59,942 nucleotides of DNA from contig CALLMJ010000025.1 of NCBI GenBank assembly GCA_938006875.1, forward strand, positions 1 through 59,942. The letters are read 5' to 3'. The number at the start of each line of letters is the position of its first letter. The stretch's first letter is position 1. This document shows positions 52,762-59,942 of this stretch, piece after piece. The stretch is from an uncultured Bacteroidia bacterium (GTDB taxonomy: Bacteria > Bacteroidota > Bacteroidia > J057 > CALLMJ01). The position numbers were made by a program, and so were the translations under genes. The notes beneath the pieces were generated by a model. That model was not told where the DNA came from. It searched no databases and saw nothing but the letters and a program-made list of their open reading frames with translations.

Positions 52762-53658
52762 TTATATTGATATTTCTTTTCTTTTTTTTAAATATACTTT
52801 TTGAAGTTCCAGTTTCAATGTTTCTTTTTTTTCAAAAATGATTTGTTTATCAATTTTTTCTGAAGCGTAAAAAATACGGTCTTCAAGTTGGCATAACTCA
52901 ATAAATAACTGCTTATTTTCTAATAAAGGAAAATTTTCAATCCATATTTGAAATTCTTTTAAAGTTAAGCTGGCTGGTTGTACTGAATTTTGAACACCTA
53001 AATAATTTTTCCACAATTGATTCAATTCATAAATTAAATTTTTGACATCAGATTTTTCAAATATTAAATCCAATTGATTTTGAATAGTTTTCCACTCGTA
53101 CTGGATTTTTCGTAAAATCAACCATTTCATAATTTTTTTTCTAAAGAAAATAATTACCAAGCTAATCAAAAATAAAGAAATTAAAGTTAGACCAAACCAT
53201 AAAGCATAATCAGGTTCAATAGGAACTTTATAAAGTTCTGTATGTATTAGGTAGGGTGTTTTATCAGAAAAATCAAAAACTTTTCTTTGAAAAGGGATAG
53301 AAGCCACATCACTTTTTAAATGAGTGGTGTCCAATCTAAAAACGTATGAATAAGGCAATTGTATTTTTTGAATACTGTCAATTTGAAAAGAAGTTAAATA
53401 ATATATGACACTATCTTTTGCATAGTTATCTTCAATTTGTGTAAGAAAATATTTTTTTGAGTGTAATTCAAAAGGTACAAAATCTTTGGTGGAATCAGGG
53501 AAAATGATGGTATAACCAATTGGGTAACGAATAGAATAGGATAAAGGAGTTGGATACCCTAATGCAATAGAATCAGAAAGCCAAGTAATTTTAGATTGGA
53601 CTTGAGCTTGTAAAAAAATAGGTATCAATACTAAAATGAAAATCAAAAAATTTTTCAT
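52762..53658 (-). CDS. Hypothetical exported membrane protein (possibly Bat/DUF58-associated)
   Basis: Signal peptide ending AQ, Ig-like region, one TM, helical cytoplasmic tail. Confidence 0.55.
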   Translation of the reverse strand: MKNFLIFILVLIPIFLQAQVQSKITWLSDSIALGYPTPLSYSIRYPIGYTIIFPDSTKDFVPFELHSKKYFLTQIEDNYAKDSVIYYLTSFQIDSIQKIQLPYSYVFRLDTTHLKSDVASIPFQRKVFDFSDKTPYLIHTELYKVPIEPDYALWFGLTLISLFLISLVIIFFRKKIMKWLILRKIQYEWKTIQNQLDLIFEKSDVKNLIYELNQLWKNYLGVQNSVQPASLTLKEFQIWIENFPLLENKQLFIELCQLEDRIFYASEKIDKQIIFEKKETLKLELQKVYLKKRKEISI

Positions 53659-53716
53659 TGAGAATTACCAACAAACATACACATAAATTTTTATTTACTC
53701 AAACTTCATCTTGAAA

Positions 53717-54274
53717 CTAAAATTCTTTAAGATTAGAAATCCTTCCTTTAAGTTTGTAAATTTTATAATTTGTAAATGATGTGTTTGAAACTAATGAGTC
53801 ACCAAATAAAATTTCATCTTGACGAGTAATTTTTACAAAAGCATTGGTGCTAAGTTTATCCAATGATTTATACCAAAAAAGTTTTTCAGTTTCTAGTTTT
53901 TCATTTTTTTCATTCACTACAATAACATTACCTCTTGCTTCTGCATAGCCTTTTCTATTATGATACATTCCACGATTGGCTGTTAACTCAGATTCTTTTT
54001 TACCTTCGGCATTATAAAATATAATCTTAAAACTACTATCAAAATGAACAATGCTATGCCTATTGGTGTCTAAAACTTCACGGAAAAAGGGTGCTTCTAA
54101 AACTGCTTTTAATAAAGTTTGCTCTGTATAATGGTAACGTATATTTTTCCCTTCTTGGACAGGTAATTTTTTACGAACTTCTTCAAAATCTTTTGGAATG
54201 GTTTTATTCTTTTCGTTACAAGCTATAAACATGTTTATAAGCCATAACAAAATAAAAATTTTTTTGTAGTTCAT
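53717..54274 (-). CDS. lptC: LPS export periplasmic protein LptC
   Basis: Lipobox FIAC; S.LTA..G....EARGNV.V......LETEKLFW pattern of Bacteroidota LptC. Confidence 0.8.
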   Translation of the reverse strand: MNYKKIFILLWLINMFIACNEKNKTIPKDFEEVRKKLPVQEGKNIRYHYTEQTLLKAVLEAPFFREVLDTNRHSIVHFDSSFKIIFYNAEGKKESELTANRGMYHNRKGYAEARGNVIVVNEKNEKLETEKLFWYKSLDKLSTNAFVKITRQDEILFGDSLVSNTSFTNYKIYKLKGRISNLKEF

Positions 54275-54280
54275 TCAATT

Positions 54281-54751
54281 TTAAGGAATTATAAAGAAAT
54301 CGGGAGTAAAAACTGTATCACTAACATGACCAGCACGGTCCTTTAAATAAATACCAAAAGAGCATTTTTCTCTGGGTAAAAATGAATTTAAACGTACTAA
54401 ACCTTGTACATTAATTTTGATAGTTCCTTGAATAGAAGGTTTACGGGTTTCAGTAGTCAAATTGGGGATATTGTAACGAATTTTTCCATCATAAAATGAA
54501 GTAGGTAAACCTGGACGTTTATCTAATAAAAACAAATCATAATTCGTACTATCAGAAATTTCATTTCCTAAATCCCCATCTCCATCTTGGTATTTGATTA
54601 CAATATCAAAATCTTCAAATTCTTTAATTTCGGTTTTGCTAATGGATAAAAATTCTATTTTAGGTTCAATAGGAAATACGGGTGCTTTAGAGCCACATCC
54701 ATAGATTATGCCCAAAATGAAAGACAAGAAAATGAAATTTTGAGTTTTCAT
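54281..54751 (-). CDS. Hypothetical lipoprotein
   Basis: Lipobox IYGC; P..P.IEF, YQDGDGDLG, DRAGHVS conserved-looking motifs. Confidence 0.75.
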   Translation of the reverse strand: MKTQNFIFLSFILGIIYGCGSKAPVFPIEPKIEFLSISKTEIKEFEDFDIVIKYQDGDGDLGNEISDSTNYDLFLLDKRPGLPTSFYDGKIRYNIPNLTTETRKPSIQGTIKINVQGLVRLNSFLPREKCSFGIYLKDRAGHVSDTVFTPDFFIIP

Positions 54752-54837
54752 AATTGCAAAAATAATTTTTTTTTAAATTCGTTCTTTTAAACTTCTAAAT
54801 TTCTATATTTTTTTATTACTTTTGCCATAATATCCCA

Positions 54838-55767
54838 ATGAAACCTAATCTTTCCAAATATTTAGACCCTGTGGTCGTTTCTAAAGTATCCAGTTTAGAA
54901 TTGATTGCAAAATTAATTGTTGAAGGCTTTATTACAGGGCTTCATAAAAGTCCCTATCATGGTTTTTCTGTGGAATTTGCTGAACATAAACAATATAACC
55001 CCGGAGATAGCCTAAAAAATATTGACTGGAAAGTTTATGGAAAATCTAATAAATTGTTTACTAAACGCTATGAAGAAGAAACCAATTTAAAATGTTATGT
55101 GTATTTGGATATTTCTGACTCAATGCGTTATCCACAAGAGGGATTAAGCAAATTAGAGTATGGTGTTTATTTAACTGCTGCTTTGCAACATTTAATGATT
55201 AAACAGCGTGATGCTGTTGGTTTAGTTTTAGCTGATGATGAAATTCAAGAATTTATCCCCGCAAAATCTCAATATTCATGGTTAATCAAAAATTTGACTG
55301 CATTAGAAAAAGTATTAGAAGATAAAAATTTATTTACTCATAAAACCAATTCTCCGAACATATTACATCAAATTACTACTCGTCTTGGACGTAGAGGTTT
55401 TGTAATCATCATTTCTGATTTATTAGATGACCCTTCCAAATTGCAAGAATATTTTCATGCACTGCAACACCTAAGACATCAAAAACATGAAATTTTAATT
55501 TTCCATTTATTAGATGAAAAAACTGAAGGTCAATTAGATTTTCCTAATCAACCTATGATTCTAAAAGACATGGAAACCGGAGAAGAACTCAAAATTCAAC
55601 CTCAATACATTCAAAAAGAATATCAAAAATTGTTTCAAAATTATAGAAACCAGTTTGTTCAACATTGCAGAGAATTTAAAATTGATTTGGTTTCTGTGGA
55701 TATAACTAAGTCTTATGACAAAGTTCTTTTGGATTATCTCATCAAAAGAAGAATGTTAGCTAAATAA
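54838..55767 (+). CDS. DUF58 (vWA-like) protein
   Basis: GLHKSPYHGFSVEFAEH..Y.PGD, IDWK, EEETN, DISDSM, ISD. Confidence 0.92.
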   Translation: MKPNLSKYLDPVVVSKVSSLELIAKLIVEGFITGLHKSPYHGFSVEFAEHKQYNPGDSLKNIDWKVYGKSNKLFTKRYEEETNLKCYVYLDISDSMRYPQEGLSKLEYGVYLTAALQHLMIKQRDAVGLVLADDEIQEFIPAKSQYSWLIKNLTALEKVLEDKNLFTHKTNSPNILHQITTRLGRRGFVIIISDLLDDPSKLQEYFHALQHLRHQKHEILIFHLLDEKTEGQLDFPNQPMILKDMETGEELKIQPQYIQKEYQKLFQNYRNQFVQHCREFKIDLVSVDITKSYDKVLLDYLIKRRMLAK

Positions 55768-55883
55768 AAGATTTTTAAAATTAAGAATGATTTTGTTCTA
55801 ATTGACCAATCAGAAATTTTTTTATAAACTTTTCATAGGAATTTAATTTACTTTATTTTTGTAGTTTATAAAAACTTGTCATT

Positions 55884-56255
55884 ATGAACAATAGAACCCT
55901 AATTTTAATTATAGTAACAGCGATATTCATGGTAATTTTAATGTTTAATTTTGCTTCGAATACAAGCATTTATACAGATTTTAAAACTGCAAAAAATTCT
56001 GGTGAAGAAGTACATATTGTAGCAGAATGGGTAAAGAGAGAACAAACTCATTATGATTCTCAAAAAGATGAATTTTCCTTTTTTTTGAGAGATACTTTAG
56101 GGAATGAAGCATTTGTGATTTACCCTGACCCTAAACCTGTTAATTTTGAACAAGCTGATAAAATTGTAGTAATTGGAAAATTTCAATCAGATACATTCTG
56201 GGCAAGTAAAATTTTAATGAAGTGCCCCTCTAAATACGAAGATAAAAATTTATAA
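55884..56255 (+). CDS. ccmE: Cytochrome c maturation heme chaperone CcmE, CxxxY type
   Basis: N-terminal TM, P.NF...[16 protein letters not shown]. Confidence 0.8.
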   Translation: MNNRTLILIIVTAIFMVILMFNFASNTSIYTDFKTAKNSGEEVHIVAEWVKREQTHYDSQKDEFSFFLRDTLGNEAFVIYPDPKPVNFEQADKIVVIGKFQSDTFWASKILMKCPSKYEDKNL

Positions 56256-56260
56256 GATAT

Positions 56261-57931
56261 ATGCAAGATATTAAATTTCAAATACCAAAAACTCCTACGG
56301 GAACTCAACTAACCTGTAAAAATTGGATTACAGAAGCTGCATACCGTATGCTTTTAAATAATTTAGACCCAGATGTTGCCGAAAAACCTGAAGAACTGAT
56401 TGTTTATGGTGGAATTGGAAAAGCTGCCAGAAATTTTGAAGCATTAGAACTCATCTTAAAAATTTTACCCAAATTAGAGGAAAATCAAACTTTATTAATA
56501 CAATCTGGTAAGCCTGTGGGAGTAATAAAATCCCATAAACACGCTCCAAGAGTATTGATTTCCAATTCTATGTTGGTACCCAACTGGGCAAACTGGGACC
56601 ATTTCCATGAATTAGATAAAAAAGGTTTAATCATGTATGGACAAATGACAGCAGGGTCATGGATTTATATTGGTTCACAAGGAATTGTACAAGGTACCTA
56701 TGAAACCTATGCAGCATTAGCCAAAAAGCATTTCGGTGAAAATGCTTCTTTAAAAGGAAAATTAAATGTAACAGCGGGTTTAGGGGGCATGGGTGGAGCT
56801 CAACCTCTTGCTATTACTATGAATGAAGGAGTTTGTTTAGCTGCTGAAATGGAAGAATGGAGAATCCAAAAAAGATTACAAACTAAATATATTGACTTTC
56901 TATTCTACGATATAGACCAAGCCATTGATTTTGCTTTAAAAGCTAAAGAAGACCAAAAAGCTATCTCTATCGGTGTAGTTTGTAATGCTGTTGATTTATT
57001 AGACCGTTTGATTGATAGAAATATCACTCCTGATACTTTAACTGACCAAACTTCCGCTCATGACCCATTAAATGGTTATTTTCCAGGTAACATGACCGTA
57101 CAAGAAGCCAAATTACTTCGTGAAGTAGACCCCAAAAACTATATAGAGCTTTCTTTGAGAACTATGGCAAGACACGTAGAATTAATGTTAGAATTACAAA
57201 GACGTGGTGCCATTACCTTTGATTATGGAAATAATATTCGTGGTCAAGCATTAACAAAAGGCGTAAAAAATGCTTTTGATTTTCCAGGATTTGTTCCTGC
57301 TTATATTAGACCTTTATTTTGTGAAGGAAAAGGACCTTTCCGATGGGTTGCTTTATCCGGAGACCCTCAAGATATTTACAAAACTGACCAAGCCATTTTA
57401 GAATTGTTTCCTGAAAATCAAGCTTTACATCGTTGGATTAAAATGGCTCAAGATAGAATTGCTTTTCAAGGATTACCCGCAAGAATTTGTTGGTTAGGCA
57501 TGGGTGAAAGAAGATTAGCAGGATTAAAATTCAATGAAATGGTAAAAAACGGTATTTTAAAAGCTCCTATTGTAATAGGAAGAGACCATTTGGATACCGG
57601 TTCTGTGGCTTCACCCAATAGAGAAACAGAAGCAATGTTAGATGGTTCTGATGCTATTGCGGATTGGGCCGTTTTAAATGCTATGGTGAATATTGCAGGA
57701 GGTGCCTCTTGGGTTTCTTTACATCATGGTGGTGGAGTAGGAATGGGATATTCTATTCATGCAGGGCAAGTGATTGTAGCAGATGGTTCTGAAGATGCCG
57801 CTGAACGTCTAGATAGAGTCTTAGATAATGACCCTGCTATGGGTGTATTTAGGCATGCAGATGCAGGTTATGATTTAGCCAAACAAACCGCTTTAAAATT
57901 TGGATTAGATTTAGATAGCTTTTTGAAATAA
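56261..57931 (+). CDS. hutU: Urocanate hydratase
   Basis: [53 protein letters not shown]. Confidence 0.98.
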   Translation: MQDIKFQIPKTPTGTQLTCKNWITEAAYRMLLNNLDPDVAEKPEELIVYGGIGKAARNFEALELILKILPKLEENQTLLIQSGKPVGVIKSHKHAPRVLISNSMLVPNWANWDHFHELDKKGLIMYGQMTAGSWIYIGSQGIVQGTYETYAALAKKHFGENASLKGKLNVTAGLGGMGGAQPLAITMNEGVCLAAEMEEWRIQKRLQTKYIDFLFYDIDQAIDFALKAKEDQKAISIGVVCNAVDLLDRLIDRNITPDTLTDQTSAHDPLNGYFPGNMTVQEAKLLREVDPKNYIELSLRTMARHVELMLELQRRGAITFDYGNNIRGQALTKGVKNAFDFPGFVPAYIRPLFCEGKGPFRWVALSGDPQDIYKTDQAILELFPENQALHRWIKMAQDRIAFQGLPARICWLGMGERRLAGLKFNEMVKNGILKAPIVIGRDHLDTGSVASPNRETEAMLDGSDAIADWAVLNAMVNIAGGASWVSLHHGGGVGMGYSIHAGQVIVADGSEDAAERLDRVLDNDPAMGVFRHADAGYDLAKQTALKFGLDLDSFLK

Positions 57932-57976
57932 TTTTGGCTTTTTTACTAATTTATTTAACTTTGCAACAATTTTTTT

Positions 57977-58912
57977 ATGTCTAAAACCAAAATTTTAATT
58001 ACCGGAGGTGCTGGTTTTATCCCAAGTTCTATCGCTGATAAACTTTCTCAAAATACTAATTATGAATTAGTTTTGGTAGATAATTTATTAACGGGCAATA
58101 TAAACAATGTACCCAGAAAGCCTAACGTCCAATTTATTAAAGCTGATGCAAATGATTTTCATGAAATGGCTTCTATTATGCAATCAAAATCTTTTGATAT
58201 AGTTTTTCATTATGCAGCAGTTGTGGGTGTTAAAAGAACTATTGATAATCCTATTAGCGTTTTAGATGATATTAAAGGTTTTGAAAACATTTTTATGTTA
58301 TCCAAAAACACAGGAGTAAAAAGAATTTTCTTTTCTTCTTCATCTGAAGTTTATGGTGAACCCGTTGAATTTCCTCAAAATGAAGAAACTACTCCTTTGA
58401 ATGCTCGGTTACCTTATGCAGTTGTTAAAAATATAGGAGAATGTTTTTGTAAATCGTATTACCAAGAGCACGGGCTTAATTATACTATATTAAGATTTTT
58501 CAATACTTATGGTCCAAAGCAAAGTACAGATTTTGTAATGTCTAAATTTATAAGAGCCGCTCTAAAAAACGAGCCCATTACCATCTATGGTGACGGTAAA
58601 CAAACTCGTACTTTTTGTTATATTGATGATAATGTTGATTTTACAAACCTCTTACTAGAAAAAAATATAGGTATCAACGAAATTTTTAATGTTGGAAATA
58701 GACATGAAATTCCTATTATTGAATTAGCCCGAAAAGTAATTCAAATGACGAGTTCAAAATCTCAAATTATTCATTTACCACCCTTAAAAGAAGGAGATAT
58801 GACCCGCCGCCAACCGGATACTACTAAAATGCAAGCCATTCTAAATCGCGAAACTCCTTTAGAAGTAGGCATGAAAAAAGTTATTGAAATAGTAAAATCA
58901 CAAATGGCATGA
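57977..58912 (+). CDS. NAD-dependent epimerase/dehydratase (extended SDR)
   Basis: ITGGAGFI, SSSEVYG, YAVVK, RFFNTYGP, QTRTF. Confidence 0.88.
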   Translation: MSKTKILITGGAGFIPSSIADKLSQNTNYELVLVDNLLTGNINNVPRKPNVQFIKADANDFHEMASIMQSKSFDIVFHYAAVVGVKRTIDNPISVLDDIKGFENIFMLSKNTGVKRIFFSSSSEVYGEPVEFPQNEETTPLNARLPYAVVKNIGECFCKSYYQEHGLNYTILRFFNTYGPKQSTDFVMSKFIRAALKNEPITIYGDGKQTRTFCYIDDNVDFTNLLLEKNIGINEIFNVGNRHEIPIIELARKVIQMTSSKSQIIHLPPLKEGDMTRRQPDTTKMQAILNRETPLEVGMKKVIEIVKSQMA

Positions 58913-59934
58913 AAAAAACAATTTTAGTAACAGGAGGAGCTGGTTATATTGGTTCCATAACCATTTTAGAACTTATACGTAATACAGATTTTGAAATTAT
59001 TAGCGTTGATAATTTTTTAAATTCATCCTCCAAAACTTTTCAACGGATAAAAAAAATATCTGGAAAAGAAATTATTAACTATCAAATAGATTTGAGAGAT
59101 TTAGAAAATTTAAAGGAAGTCTTTGAAAATCATAAAATTGATGGGATTATACATTTTGCAGCTTTAAAATCTGTACCAGAATCTGTTGCAAAACCTCATT
59201 GGTATTATGATAATAATTTGAATAGCCAACTGAATATCATGAAATGTTGTGAATTATACTATATTAAAAATTTGATATTTAGTTCTTCATGCTCAGTTTA
59301 TGGTGAAGTACAAAATTTACCAGTTGATGAAAATACACCTTTAAGTGAAGTAAAATGCCCTTATGCTCATACCAAGAAAATAGGTGAAGAAATGCTTGTT
59401 TTCTGGGCAAATCAATCCAAAGTTAATACTATTGCTTTACGTTACTTTAATCCTGTTGGTGCTGATCCATCTGGCTTATTAGGAGAAGATCCAAGAAACA
59501 CTCCTACCAATTTAGTTCCTGTAATTACTGGTAGTGCTATTGGAAATTTACCTCCCGTCAAGGTTTTTGGTTCTGATTATCCAACTCGTGATGGCTCTTG
59601 TATTCGTGATTACGTGCATGTAAATGATATCGCTGATGCTCATATTAAAGCTCTTATTTATTTGTTTGAGAAAAAAAATCATGAATTATTTGATATTATA
59701 AATCTCGGTACAGGTTCTGGTGTAACAGTTTTAGAAATGATCCATTCTTTTATTAAGGTAACAGGAGAAAAATTAAATTATATATTAGCTGAACGAAGAG
59801 AAGGAGACGTCGCACAAATTTATTCTAATCCTCAAAAAGCTAAAGATTTATTAAACTGGGTTCCTAAGTATGATGTTAATCAAATGATGGAAACCGCATG
59901 GAAATGGCAAATTTATCTAAAAAATGACCTTTAA
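58909..59934 (+). CDS. galE: UDP-glucose 4-epimerase
   Basis: TGGAGYIGS, HFAALKSV.ES, SSSCSVYG, YAHTK, LRYFNP, DGSCIRDYVHV. Confidence 0.93.
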   Translation: MKKTILVTGGAGYIGSITILELIRNTDFEIISVDNFLNSSSKTFQRIKKISGKEIINYQIDLRDLENLKEVFENHKIDGIIHFAALKSVPESVAKPHWYYDNNLNSQLNIMKCCELYYIKNLIFSSSCSVYGEVQNLPVDENTPLSEVKCPYAHTKKIGEEMLVFWANQSKVNTIALRYFNPVGADPSGLLGEDPRNTPTNLVPVITGSAIGNLPPVKVFGSDYPTRDGSCIRDYVHVNDIADAHIKALIYLFEKKNHELFDIINLGTGSGVTVLEMIHSFIKVTGEKLNYILAERREGDVAQIYSNPQKAKDLLNWVPKYDVNQMMETAWKWQIYLKNDL

Positions 59935-59942
59935 TCAAAAAA

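Overview
AT-rich (~30% GC, estimated by eye) chromosomal window from a Bacteroidota (Bacteroidia-like) bacterium, inferred from TAnnTTTG promoters, general absence of Shine-Dalgarno sites and gene order. It holds the complete str-S10-spc-alpha ribosomal superoperon (rpsL..rplQ, including rpmJ, which the ORF track missed), rplM-rpsI-rpsB, and scattered housekeeping and envelope genes (coaX, obgE, recN, nhaA, mscL, ilvE, trmD, hutU, galE, lptC, ccmE). No rRNA, tRNA, CRISPR or intact mobile element is visible. The most notable observations are: (1) a dispersed ~100-170 bp GC-richer repeat with 4 copies, two read in-frame inside the N-termini of secreted proteins; (2) a class A PBP with intact glycosyltransferase motifs but all three transpeptidase motifs degenerate; (3) an unannotated ~197-nt 6S-like RNA in an atypical context; (4) an IS5-family transposase remnant; (5) DnaA boxes next to the rpsL promoter; and (6) isolated strong SD sequences before rplO and rplP. 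I see no multi-gene novel system that I can support.
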